In this document: in pieces, positions 46,824-56,580 of the stretch
Numbering within the stretch: position 1 is the stretch's first letter
Layout: every line of letters starts with the position of its first letter
IMG/VR virus record: IMGVR_UViG_3300036781_000821
Coordinates: 27,888 to 91,887 of that record
DNA length: 64,000 nucleotides
Strand: one strand, 5' to 3'
From: a virus
Notes under the pieces: generated by a model
What the model was told of the DNA's origin: nothing
Seen by the model: the letters and a program-made list of their open reading frames with translations, nothing else
Database searches by the model: none
Position numbers and translations under genes: made by a program

Positions 46824-47444
46824 TTACGGGTCGTACGTGACGATGAGCTTGGGGCCGCCGTTTGTGACGCCGTGGAATTGGGCTCGTTTCATCAGGATAG
46901 CGACGAGATCCGGGAGCGGACGTTCGGTCTGGACGCGTCGCTCGGCACGGATGCTCCAGTCATCGCCGCTGGTTGGAGGGACGAATGTCCATAGCCCTTC
47001 TGGAGTGTAAGGCGAGAGCGGCCACTTGGGGAGTGTCGCGCGGATTTCTCGCGACGAGAGTCCTTGGATGTCGTACGCGAACGCGTGGTTGAGGCGTCTG
47101 AGGTTCGAGGGGAAATAGTGGTGCCGATACAGACCTGCCACTTCCGCTAGGGGGAAGTACTGCTTACTCTTGAGATGGAGAATCTGGCGCGCCGAGTAGC
47201 GCGGCCTTGCCCAGAACTCCAACAGGACATCCGTACCATCGGGGCTCGCGGCGAGGTGCTGCTCGTACTCATGCTTATACGGCTGCACGACTTCCGCCCG
47301 AAGAATATTGCCGCCGCGCACGCGACGCGGCAGGACGACCTCGTCAAGCAACGGACGACCGCGATCCGATCGGCGGAGCGGAAGATGCGATTCACTGACG
47401 TGACGGTAAACACGTTCTAACGGGACACGGTAGGTTTCGGTCAT
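46824..47444 (-). CDS. Hypothetical protein
   Basis: Open frame of about 206 aa starting MTETYRVP. Confidence 0.5.
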   Translation of the reverse strand: MTETYRVPLERVYRHVSESHLPLRRSDRGRPLLDEVVLPRRVRGGNILRAEVVQPYKHEYEQHLAASPDGTDVLLEFWARPRYSARQILHLKSKQYFPLAEVAGLYRHHYFPSNLRRLNHAFAYDIQGLSSREIRATLPKWPLSPYTPEGLWTFVPPTSGDDWSIRAERRVQTERPLPDLVAILMKRAQFHGVTNGGPKLIVTYDP

Positions 47445-47501
47445 CGTCCCTTGGGAGTGCAATACTCGTTAATAAAACGCACTGGACGACCGCCCCGAAA
47501 C

Positions 47502-49715
47502 ATGTACGAACGACAACGCGACGACATCCTCCGGACATTCAGCACAGGGCTCGCTCTTACCGCCGTCCAACACGGACGATGGGGAAAGCACGAGGACAAC
47601 GACTGGGTGCCGCAGGAATTTGAGTTATTGGCGGCGATCTGGCTCAAGAAAGAGCTGATGGTGTGCGGAGAACCGGACCAGCATCCAAAGGCTGCATTTG
47701 GATTTCTGCCGGACCGTCAAGCGATGTGGTTTCGTCGTGCGGAGCTAGCAGAAACGCTCACGCGCGACTCGGCAGACTTGGACCTGTTCTACGACTCAGG
47801 ATCGGTCGTCAAGCGCTTGCGCAAGTCCTGGACAACACTCCCCGATGGATCAGATATCGTCAGGCACCAACCGCTCGCCGAGCTCGTCGAACACACGAAA
47901 GTGTTGGTCTGGCTGAAGCTCTTGGGAGTCGACAGCAGTCTGTTATGGAATTCGCGGCGTGCGGTCATCGTCGGGAACCATGCGGGGGTGACCTGGCTCG
48001 GGTACCGTGAGAATCCGGGCATCGGCACGGAGCTCCAAAAAAATGACGAGGCGTCCTGGCGCGCGAACCGGCTCCAGACCGCACTCCAAGAATTGATCCT
48101 CAGCCCTTTCGCGCCGCATTCGGTGCCGTTCGCGGCGTGGCAGCAACCAGCAGTCGAAACAGCTGCGCTGAATGCCGGTGTGGGAGTATGTCGTGACCTT
48201 CTCAACAGCCTGGGGAGGTGCGCGGTGGACGGCAGCGTTGACGTGTTCCACGCGAAGGACGATCCCACGCCTGCGGTTGTCGGGTACCTGGAATCCCTGA
48301 CGCCGGAGCACGTGACGTCGGTTCTCGACGCGGCCTCGGTCGTGCTGGAACGGGTCGGCACGCATCGTCTCATCCTTTGTTCGGTCGAGCGGTTCGAGGA
48401 CGTTGCCGGTGCTTTGCGTGGTGGCCGGGTGATCGCGCCGGGCTTGTGGGCGCGGAGTGTCGCGCTCGTCGCGCGGGAGCAAGTGCTTGCGTTGTTGCCG
48501 TCGTGTCCGTGGGTGTGGAGCAAGTATTTCGGGACTGAGCTTGGGTTTCATGTTGTGCGTCAGGATGCTGAGCACTTGGGTGATGCGCTGGGGCTTACGC
48601 TTGCGGAGCGCTTGGTCGTTGGTGGTCCGCGCGCTGCGGAACGTGAGGCGGTGGCCGCGTTTGGGGCGTTGTACGTCACGCACGTCGTGGGTCATCCGGG
48701 GACCGGGAAGACGGTGTTCGTGTTCCAGCAGCTCAGGCGCGCATGGCGGCGGCTGGTCGTGATCGTGATTCGAACGTCCGAGATGGTCCGTTGGGACCTC
48801 CTAGACAATATTGCTCGCTCGTCATTGGTGGGTTTGCTGCGGGCTGGTGAGGAAGTCGTGTTCGTGCTTGATGACGCGTTTCATGCTTTGTCGGGGCGGA
48901 GTGACGTGATGGAGCGGACGCGTCAGGTGATGGGGGCGCTGTCGCGGTCGCATGGTGACCGCCCTGGTCTCGTGTTGACGTATCGGACGGCGGACTTGGA
49001 GTTGATGCGCTCGGCGTTTGGTCAGGTGTTCGCGAGTGATGTGCTCGTGGAGTGGGCCTTCCTTGACCACCCGCCTCGTGAGTTCTTGCGTGCGGTTATT
49101 CGGTCGCGGTTGCTCGATGGTGAGCAGCTCTCGGACGCTAGTATCGAGGCGTTCTTGGACCGCTTGGAGGTGGTCGACGGAACTGTCCGCGCGTTGCGGT
49201 GGGTGCTCTGGCGGTTCGGCACGGACTGGGAGCGAGCGTTTCGCGATAGCAAGTTGCCAGAGTTCATGTACCCCGAGATATCCTACGACGACGATTTCAT
49301 CCCGCGCCTCTCTGACGCGTATTGGGCGCGGGCGATCAAGCAACTGTCGGTTCCCGAACTCGTGATCATGCGGTTGCTGCGCTGTTGTCGCGAGTACTGG
49401 GCACCAAGGATTCCCGAGAAGGTTGCGCGTGAATACTTCACGACCGTTCTCGCGAGCGATCCAGCAGCGGGTGTTCGTGCCGAGGATTTCGACAGCGCAG
49501 TGCGGGGGCTCGTGCGCAAGGCATGGATGAACCGACGAGAAGATGACGGTAGCCCCTTGCTTTTTAGTGACGATGTGCGACTCCGTCCCGTGTTCGCATC
49601 CAAAGCACTCGTTGGCGACTTCGCCCGATGGATCGCTGCACACTATCCCGAACAGCTCGGACGCGTCACACTTACTGGAGCCCTCTACGCAGCAGGATAC
49701 GGCTGGCAAGACTGA
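47502..49715 (+). CDS. P-loop NTPase (STAND-like) with unknown N-terminal domain
   Basis: VVGHPGTGKT, FVLDDA, LVLTYR; helical/wHTH-like C-terminus. Confidence 0.7.
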   Translation: MYERQRDDILRTFSTGLALTAVQHGRWGKHEDNDWVPQEFELLAAIWLKKELMVCGEPDQHPKAAFGFLPDRQAMWFRRAELAETLTRDSADLDLFYDSGSVVKRLRKSWTTLPDGSDIVRHQPLAELVEHTKVLVWLKLLGVDSSLLWNSRRAVIVGNHAGVTWLGYRENPGIGTELQKNDEASWRANRLQTALQELILSPFAPHSVPFAAWQQPAVETAALNAGVGVCRDLLNSLGRCAVDGSVDVFHAKDDPTPAVVGYLESLTPEHVTSVLDAASVVLERVGTHRLILCSVERFEDVAGALRGGRVIAPGLWARSVALVAREQVLALLPSCPWVWSKYFGTELGFHVVRQDAEHLGDALGLTLAERLVVGGPRAAEREAVAAFGALYVTHVVGHPGTGKTVFVFQQLRRAWRRLVVIVIRTSEMVRWDLLDNIARSSLVGLLRAGEEVVFVLDDAFHALSGRSDVMERTRQVMGALSRSHGDRPGLVLTYRTADLELMRSAFGQVFASDVLVEWAFLDHPPREFLRAVIRSRLLDGEQLSDASIEAFLDRLEVVDGTVRALRWVLWRFGTDWERAFRDSKLPEFMYPEISYDDDFIPRLSDAYWARAIKQLSVPELVIMRLLRCCREYWAPRIPEKVAREYFTTVLASDPAAGVRAEDFDSAVRGLVRKAWMNRREDDGSPLLFSDDVRLRPVFASKALVGDFARWIAAHYPEQLGRVTLTGALYAAGYGWQD

Positions 49716-49874
49716 CTATCCTCTTATGGAGAGAATCACGACGACGATGATGGCGAGGACGATGAGTGCGAGTATCGCGCGGAGGAACCAGTAGCCGAAC
49801 CAGATGCGCCCGGGAAGGTAACCGTCCGGTACAGGGGTGCGGTTTTTTGGGAGCAGCTTCGCGCGGCGTGCCAT
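49716..49874 (-). CDS. Small membrane peptide
   Basis: 52 aa, C-terminal TM. Confidence 0.35.
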   Translation of the reverse strand: MARRAKLLPKNRTPVPDGYLPGRIWFGYWFLRAILALIVLAIIVVVILSIRG

Positions 49875-49948
49875 TTTCCGATGTGACAGTTTGGCGTGCT
49901 TAAAAATGTTGTCGCTGGCTAACCGAGCGCACGCTTAGGTGATAGGGT

Positions 49949-50761
49949 TCATTTCGTACGGGCTGGTCGTGGACGGTAGGTTCTGAAGATGAGATACAAC
50001 AGCCCGAAATACACGAGGATTGATGCTGCGCTCAGGATGACTGCTTCGATGCTCGGTGGGGCTGCTGTTTCCGCGTATGTGCGGACGACCCCGCTGGTAA
50101 CTTGGAGGAGCGCCATGATGCCGCCGAACCATGCGAACGCTGTCAGTCCGTCGATTCCCTGGTTTGTGAGCGTCCATTCCTGAATTGTGTACCAGTAGAG
50201 GACGGCTGTCATGCCTGCCATGAGGTGCACGAGATAGGTATCTTGTAGCGGCGTGAGGCTCCAACGATACACGACGTCGATGGTTGATAGCACGCTGGCG
50301 ACGATGCCGAACAGGAAGATGACGGCGACGTCCCGGATCACGATTCGCTTTTGGTACAGCAGCGCGATGCACCCGGCGATCAACACTGCCGACAGGAGGA
50401 AGTAGTACGGGGCCTGCAGCGCAGCGGCGAAGAGGGCCAGGACGGGGCTTGGCGCAAGGTGTGCGACGAGGAAGGTCGATGCGAAGGTGAGAATCGCTAT
50501 GAGGGCGGCGGCTTGGATTGCGATACGCATCAGGGTGGGCTGCGCGGTTTTCAGCAGGTAACGATGGCCGCAGAGCAGTGCTATGCCGTACAGCACGTAC
50601 GCGATTGGGAACCAGCGCGCAAATGTTCGCACAAATACTGGGACCGTCAGTACTGCGAGGATCAAGCCGATGATTGGCAGTACAAGGGCAAGCGCGAACA
50701 GTGCCGATTGAGAATCGACACGAAGGAGTGAGTTCTCCTTACCGAACAGCGGCTTGGGCAT
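49949..50761 (-). CDS. Polytopic membrane protein
   Basis: 270 aa, about 8 TMs. Confidence 0.7.
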   Translation of the reverse strand: MPKPLFGKENSLLRVDSQSALFALALVLPIIGLILAVLTVPVFVRTFARWFPIAYVLYGIALLCGHRYLLKTAQPTLMRIAIQAAALIAILTFASTFLVAHLAPSPVLALFAAALQAPYYFLLSAVLIAGCIALLYQKRIVIRDVAVIFLFGIVASVLSTIDVVYRWSLTPLQDTYLVHLMAGMTAVLYWYTIQEWTLTNQGIDGLTAFAWFGGIMALLQVTSGVVRTYAETAAPPSIEAVILSAASILVYFGLLYLIFRTYRPRPARTK

Positions 50762-50864
50762 TATCCAGCATTGGCGCTGCCCGGTTTATAGCTTTTTTGC
50801 CATCAACGAATGTGCAGCTGCCTTAACGGTGAAGGAAACGCGCTGCTCATGGTAGTTCGCATGC

Positions 50865-51047
50865 CTACAAAGCGTGTTGTTTTCTGTCGCGCCAGATTGC
50901 CACGCCGACGCCAACAACGAGCGCCCACACGAGCCAGACCGCTCCCGGATCACTGATGTGCCTCGTATTGAGGTACAGCAGAAGCGCAACCATTCCTCCG
51001 ACGAACGCGACCGCGATCAGGGCAGACTGCAGATGAATGTTCATTCG
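50865..51047 (-). CDS. Small two-TM protein
   Basis: MNIHLQSALIAVAFVGG... Confidence 0.45.
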   Translation of the reverse strand, partial: RMNIHLQSALIAVAFVGGMVALLLYLNTRHISDPGAVWLVWALVVGVGVAIWRDRKQHAL

Positions 51048-51206
51048 TGTCCGAATACGAACGGTAGGCCGCTGCAATCCCGCTCGTCTTCTTGCGGTCC
51101 TCGCTGGCTCTTCGATGGCGGATCGGCGTACGCGCCCCTTCTGCCCTTTGTCATGCTGCTGCCTTGGGAAGTGGCCGTTTAAAATTGTTTCTGCCGTACG
51201 GGGTTC

Positions 51207-51983
51207 TTATCCTTGGTTGGTGTTGATGACGACGATGTGCCGTGGTCTCCCGCCGAGTCTGCTCGCGTAGAGGTCGGCGGGTAGTCCGATGACGGCGATT
51301 GGTCCGTCGGTTCCTCGGAGGAAGGCCGGTAGCTCGGGGAGGATGTCGGGTTCGTAGCCGTCGGGCGCGAACGGGTCGGGCATGGTGTTGTCGTGCTGGG
51401 GGCAGAGGATGCAGTGCCAGGGTAAAGCTCTTGGGTCTTGGTGGATGAGCTCGAACGTGCGTTTGATGTACAGCGTGTCGTGGATTGGCTTGATGACTTG
51501 GAGTGGTGCGAGGCTGCACCCGAGCTGCTTGTGCGCGAAGGGCCGGTTGCAGTGCCAATGCTGCTGTTCTTGTGCTGCGCTTGCAGCGTTGTAGAAGCAG
51601 TAGAGCGGCGTGGACCGTTGTGAGCGCGCGAAGTCGTCGAGGACGTCGATTTGGAAGACGCCGTTCACGGGGTGTCGGAGGTGGTCGTACTTGTTCGTCT
51701 TGAGGTTGAGTTTTTTTGCTTGGACGGCATATCTTCGCCATCCCGTGTTGTCGTTGCCGATGTACCATTCCCAGTCGAATCCCTTGGTTGGCTCGTCGTC
51801 GCCGCGTGCCTTGTAGATCACGAGGTTTGGGAATTGTTGTCGCATGAGTTCGATGAGATTGTTGTCCGTGAGCGTCTCCTCGCCGGTCGGGCAGTCGAGC
51901 TGGTTAGCGAGGACGAGATACTCATGGGTCGCGACAGCGCGATATTGCAGATGGGCGATAGCGGGGAATGGGCCTGTGCTCAT
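51207..51983 (-). CDS. DUF6615-like nuclease-fold protein
   Basis: EETLTD...E...GFDWEW...VQAKKL...PLYCFYN. Confidence 0.7.
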   Translation of the reverse strand: MSTGPFPAIAHLQYRAVATHEYLVLANQLDCPTGEETLTDNNLIELMRQQFPNLVIYKARGDDEPTKGFDWEWYIGNDNTGWRRYAVQAKKLNLKTNKYDHLRHPVNGVFQIDVLDDFARSQRSTPLYCFYNAASAAQEQQHWHCNRPFAHKQLGCSLAPLQVIKPIHDTLYIKRTFELIHQDPRALPWHCILCPQHDNTMPDPFAPDGYEPDILPELPAFLRGTDGPIAVIGLPADLYASRLGGRPRHIVVINTNQG

Positions 51984-52242
51984 GCGTTTGGTGGAGCGTC
52001 TTTTGCTTGTTCTGTGGGTAGCTTGTTTGTAGTTTATGTGTTTTCCGTCAGCGACGGTTGTTTGATGTGATTGGTGTAGCCCCCTGTTCGGGGGCTTGAT
52101 GGTCTGCCCGGCCCCCTGCGGGTGGCCGGGGGTTACTGGCTGCCTGCGGGCAGGATTCTTGTTTCACGCTGTGGGTTGAATGAGAAAGGGGGGAATGAGG
52201 CGTGAAACAAAACCCCGCGTGAATCAAGAGACTGGTCAGCGA

Positions 52243-52790
52243 GGCGCTGTGAAACAAGAGCACCGCCATTGGTCGCCGCGTCGGGTGCCGTCGTGTGCAT
52301 ATTACTGCTTGTGGAAGCGTTCGCCTTCTTTTACCTGCTGGAGATTGTGGAGCGCGCCGTCGAGTTGCTTCTTTGCCTCCTTGCTGTGGCAGATAACGGA
52401 GAGGAAGACTTCGTTCGCTTTGTCGGCGAAAAACAAGCTCAGGTCATATTTTTCATTTGTTGCGAACTTTGCATAGTCTGCCCCTCGATATGTACTGTCG
52501 AATTGCGTAGTATCCAAGCCCAAGGACCAGGCGAACGTCATAATATCGAATGCATCGAATTCATCAGCTTGGTTGGCAAGGGTCCAGTAGACAAGGACTG
52601 CCGTCTTGTCGCTGGCAGACGAGCCTCGTTTAGCTGGGTGCTCGATTGTCATTAACTCGAACTTCTTCATGAGCTGTGTAGAAAAGGTGCGTTGATATAA
52701 AGCTGCTGCTACTTGCTGTGGACGTAACTGTCTAAGTTGTCGGTTGGCGCGTGTGAAACAAGAGCTTGAGCACTGGTCGCTGCCTCGGGT
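52243..52790 (+). repeat. Degenerate ~45-bp direct repeats (52243-52286, 52746-52790) flanking one ORF
   Basis: GGCGC..GTGAAACAAGAGC....CA.TGGTCGC.GC.TCGGGT in both; extra GTGAA(A/T)CAA at 52202 and 52219. Confidence 0.7.
52302..52670 (-). CDS. Hypothetical protein
   Basis: Lower-GC ORF between the repeats; start uncertain. Confidence 0.5.
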   Translation of the reverse strand: MKKFELMTIEHPAKRGSSASDKTAVLVYWTLANQADEFDAFDIMTFAWSLGLDTTQFDSTYRGADYAKFATNEKYDLSLFFADKANEVFLSVICHSKEAKKQLDGALHNLQQVKEGERFHKQ

Positions 52791-52824
52791 AAGGTACATA
52801 AGAGAATGGCCGTAGAGCGCGCCC

Positions 52825-53130
52825 GTGGACGCTGATCTCTTACCGTTGTCGTTACGCCTTTCCCTGCCGCGCTTGGGCTCGCAGCGGTCCGTCGACGAGC
52901 CGATGGTATACGCGCACTACTGCGTCCCGGACCGGGACTGGGCGTACTACGTCACCGAAGGAGAACCTGTCGGGAAGGAGTACGCGTTCTTCGGGTTTCT
53001 CCTTGGTTCCGAACAGGAGAAGGACTGGAATTGGCGGTCGCTGCGTCTCTCCGACTTGGAACGGACTGTTGTACGCAATGCGGCGTTCCAGCCGGGGCGG
53101 CTCACGGATGTCGTCGTGCTGCCGTACTGA
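52825..53130 (+). CDS. DUF2958-like protein
   Basis: LPRLGSQ...WAYYVTEG...FFGFLLG. Confidence 0.65.
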   Translation: MDADLLPLSLRLSLPRLGSQRSVDEPMVYAHYCVPDRDWAYYVTEGEPVGKEYAFFGFLLGSEQEKDWNWRSLRLSDLERTVVRNAAFQPGRLTDVVVLPY

Positions 53131-53311
53131 CTGATATGAAGAGATGATCGCTAGCTGCGCGAGGTGCGGCGCTATCCAGTGCGCCAGATTTCGATGGTCC
53201 GATGGTGATGCAGTCTCCCTACGAGCACCACCCGAAACTCAGGAGGCCGGAGATCAAAACAGTCCGTCGTGGACGACTAATGTCGTCGTGGTGTTCATCT
53301 TGATGTGCCTC

Positions 53312-53812
53312 TCAAGCAATTGGGCCGATTCCACCTATCCACAGGACCCAAATGAGTAGTAGCTGCACGATAAATATTCCCAGCGCCCAAGCCCACACTG
53401 CTAGAACGGAACGCGCAGTCTTCGTCGGCAACGAGTAGGTCAGCCCCACGCCGGTTACGACTGCTCCGATCCCTACCAATGGATTTATCAACGATCCATT
53501 CACATCAATCATTCGGAAATAATCTCCGTTAGTGACAAGATTGTATTTTGTGTATGCCAGCAGGGCGAGTGTGCAGAGAACGATAAACGCCGCCCCGATG
53601 AGTGCCTGTTTCTTCTTGAAAGCTGCTTTGACGTCTTCCGAGATCGGGATGAAGACGATGAGTGCCGGAAGTACGGATTCTGCCGCATCAATCGCGAAAT
53701 CGATGCCATGGTATTCGTGGCCGATAAATGATGGGATTGCTAGCAGATAGCAGCTGAACGCCCAGAACGCGAAGAAGAACAACGTCCGATTCTTCATTGC
53801 AGTACCTGACAT
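53312..53812 (-). CDS. Membrane protein
   Basis: 166 aa, about 5 TMs. Confidence 0.6.
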   Translation of the reverse strand: MSGTAMKNRTLFFFAFWAFSCYLLAIPSFIGHEYHGIDFAIDAAESVLPALIVFIPISEDVKAAFKKKQALIGAAFIVLCTLALLAYTKYNLVTNGDYFRMIDVNGSLINPLVGIGAVVTGVGLTYSLPTKTARSVLAVWAWALGIFIVQLLLIWVLWIGGIGPIA

Positions 53813-54084
53813 GTGCGTCTTAGCTGTGGCGCTTGACGTTCGGTTGACGTAAAGCCTGTCATGAAGTCACACCCGTAGATAGCCTCGCCCTCAAACCTCG
53901 TCAGACCTAATCTTTAAAAATGTTCTCGTCACGGCGGTCAGGACAACGGCCTGATCTGCCCCGACCGATGAGTGTGTCTTGGATTCGCTGCCGCCCTGAC
54001 GGGCTTGTCGCGAATCCTGCGCCGAACAGAAGGCATGAATCTGGGGAAGTGCAGAGGATGTGGGAGAGACAATCGAGGGACAGG

Positions 54085-55353
54085 CTACTTGGTCGTGGCG
54101 AGGACTCGGAGCGCTTCGCCGAGTCCGGCGTCATGGATTTGGGTGGCTGCTTCGTCGAGGAGTCCTTTTTCCGCAAGGAGTTTGCAGAGTTGCAAGATGA
54201 CGGCGTTGTTCGTGCTGCGTCCTGCGAGGTCTTGTCGGAGCTTGGCTTCATCGAGGACGGTGTTGCATCGCACGCAGTACGGTGTCGTCGGCTGATTGAG
54301 CATCGTGCATGACGGGCAGGTTCGCGGTGCGAGATCGTCGCGGCGCTGCTCTTGCGGTGCGAGGTGGTTCTCGCGAAGGATGGCGTTGTTTCCGTCGTCG
54401 GCGGTGAGGTGCGCGTAGATCGCGAGCATTCTGCTAGACGGTGCCCAGCCGAAGTACATCTTCGCTTGCTGCTCGTTCATGATGCCGCTCGCGACGCAGT
54501 ACGTTGCCCTGCTGTGACGAAAGAGGTGGGGATAAATGCGTTTTTTGATGCCCGCTGCCTGCACGGTTCTGATGAGCATGGTTCTGAGCGCCTGGTAGCC
54601 GACGTGGCGTGGTTCTGCAGTCCGCTGGTTGTACACCCACAACGGACTATCGGGATCGTCGCGAAAGGGATGCACGGCAAGCCATTGGGTCAGATACGGA
54701 GCGCTACTAATCACGAGCACGTTGCGGTGTCCGGTTTTCCCACACAAGTCAAGGAGATAACCGAATTGGTGCTTCGTCAGGTGCCGGACCTGCATATTGC
54801 CGGGCTCGCCAATTCGTCCGCCTGATTCCCAGAGCGTCGCGATGAGCGCCTTATCCCGCGGATTGTCCGCAGTCTCGATGAGGTGTCCGATCTCTGCTGG
54901 CGTGTAGAGCTCGTGGCGTTCGAGTCGCCGTCGATCTTTCGTCTTCACGCTCGCATTGAGCCAAGACACCATTGCTGGCGGATGCTTCGTGGGAAACTCG
55001 GCGGGCACGAGTACCCACGTCATGAACGTGCGCAAAATGGCGCGATACGTTCCGAGCGTTTCAGCACTATATGCGGGCTGTCGCGCCAAGAGACGCGCGA
55101 TCAACTCCTCCAAGTCTTGTCGAGTCAGCGTGTCAAAGTCTTTTGCGATAACGCGTGCAAAGAGCGTCAGCGCTCCCATGACCCGAATCAACCGCACCTT
55201 GCCGCAGATGCTCTTGACCAGGCACGCGTCGCGATACCCGAAGATGAGATGCCTATTGCGATCGCTGATCTCAGCACGCTCAACAGCGGCTGCTGCCTGG
55301 AGATATTTCCGTCCAAAACCGTGGATATCAATACTACGCTCGGACCGTGCCAT
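54085..55353 (-). CDS. Tyrosine integrase with C-terminal zinc ribbon
   Basis: SGGRIGE, GKTG, HLFRHSRAT, YFGW, IYAHL; CPSC...CVRC; start MARSERSIDIH at 55353. Confidence 0.92.
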   Translation of the reverse strand: MARSERSIDIHGFGRKYLQAAAAVERAEISDRNRHLIFGYRDACLVKSICGKVRLIRVMGALTLFARVIAKDFDTLTRQDLEELIARLLARQPAYSAETLGTYRAILRTFMTWVLVPAEFPTKHPPAMVSWLNASVKTKDRRRLERHELYTPAEIGHLIETADNPRDKALIATLWESGGRIGEPGNMQVRHLTKHQFGYLLDLCGKTGHRNVLVISSAPYLTQWLAVHPFRDDPDSPLWVYNQRTAEPRHVGYQALRTMLIRTVQAAGIKKRIYPHLFRHSRATYCVASGIMNEQQAKMYFGWAPSSRMLAIYAHLTADDGNNAILRENHLAPQEQRRDDLAPRTCPSCTMLNQPTTPYCVRCNTVLDEAKLRQDLAGRSTNNAVILQLCKLLAEKGLLDEAATQIHDAGLGEALRVLATTK

Positions 55354-55628
55354 ATGAACCAGCCTCCCGGACAACCAAAGGTCGTCTACGGAACTTTCAA
55401 AGGCCGCCTGACACCCGCACTGCCACAAACGACAGTATCGGCTCTGCACAAGTTGCTAAACGCCCAAGCCCGGGTTTCAGCAAGATGTGTAGAGCCGCTT
55501 TTGCTGTGCTTGGTTGTGAGCGGCCTTCTTTGCTGAGGATAGATTGCTTAGTATTTATGTTTTTCGTCGGAATGGACAGTGGGGAGAAATGCAAGAAAAG
55601 GAAAAAAGAATTTCATGTGCTGTTGTGT

Positions 55629-55709
55629 TTACGGTTCTTCGTCGTCGGTCTGCGTCTCGTAGAGTTCTTGGTAGCGCTCGTAGAGTCGCTTGATCCATTC
55701 GTCTGTCAT
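55629..55709 (-). CDS. 26-aa acidic peptide coupled to the methyltransferase
   Basis: MTDEWIKRLYERYQELYETQTDDEEP; ATGA overlap. Confidence 0.35.
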   Translation of the reverse strand: MTDEWIKRLYERYQELYETQTDDEEP

Positions 55710-56446
55710 CGTTTGTTCTTCCCTGGTGTTTGTTTCGGTGGTATTGCTTTCGGTGGGTGTTCCGTCTCAGGTTTTTGGTTCGATGGGTGTTCCAGTTCAG
55801 GTGGTGCCTCTTTGGGCACTTCCGTCGTCGCCGGGTCGTTGGGTGCGTTTTCGGCTGGGTGCTTGGGTGCCAGTCGCGCCACTGCGAAGTCGGCATACTC
55901 CTTGTTGCTTTCGATGAGCAGGTAGTGGCGCTTGAGCTGCTGTGCGGCTACTCCCGTGGTGCCGGTTCCGGCGAAGGGGTCGAGGATGGTATCTCCCTCC
56001 TGGGTGTAGTCCTCAATGAGGTACCGCAGCAGACGCACGGGTTTCTGCGTCGGGTGCTGCTTGTAGTCTTTCAGCGTCCGGTAGTCCAGGATGGGGACGG
56101 TCCAGACTCGGTGCGCTCTGCGTCGGTAGTCTCTGCTCCAGCAGATCACGAGCTCGTACGCGTGCGCGCTCCTCGCGTCTGGCTTGGCCCAAACGCTTCT
56201 GCTGACTTCGAACCAACCCGGCGGCGGCAGCGGCGGCGATGCGAGTGGCGTCCAGAAAAAGACGATGTGCTTGCGCGCTTTCTTCGCTGCCAAGTACAGC
56301 CCGGCGATCCCGTCAATCAGGGAATCACTGAAGAGGCCGCTCCCGTTCGGATACGGCGGGTCCGTGATCACGGCGTCCACGCTCAAGTCGGGCATGGCGG
56401 CGAGCATCGGCAGGCTATCGTGGTGCAGTACGGTATCGAGTTCCAT
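55706..56446 (-). CDS. Orphan beta-class amino-DNA methyltransferase
   Basis: ITDPPY...HPTQKP...LDPFAGTGTT; start MELDTVL at 56446. Confidence 0.9.
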   Translation of the reverse strand: MELDTVLHHDSLPMLAAMPDLSVDAVITDPPYPNGSGLFSDSLIDGIAGLYLAAKKARKHIVFFWTPLASPPLPPPGWFEVSRSVWAKPDARSAHAYELVICWSRDYRRRAHRVWTVPILDYRTLKDYKQHPTQKPVRLLRYLIEDYTQEGDTILDPFAGTGTTGVAAQQLKRHYLLIESNKEYADFAVARLAPKHPAENAPNDPATTEVPKEAPPELEHPSNQKPETEHPPKAIPPKQTPGKNKR

Positions 56447-56580
56447 AATGTCCTCCGTTTTGGGGCGTTCTCCCAAACGAAGGACACGGCGTCTCTGGCG
56501 GCTCTTGGAGGGCGCGCGACACGCCCGCACTGGACATTGTCGGCGGCGCGATATAAGCCAGCGTTGGCCTCTGGGGGACT

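Noticed and set aside
38200-52100. Strong G/T skew of the plus strand as a sign of ssDNA replication
   Set aside because: Not quantified and partly explained by codon usage of minus-strand genes.
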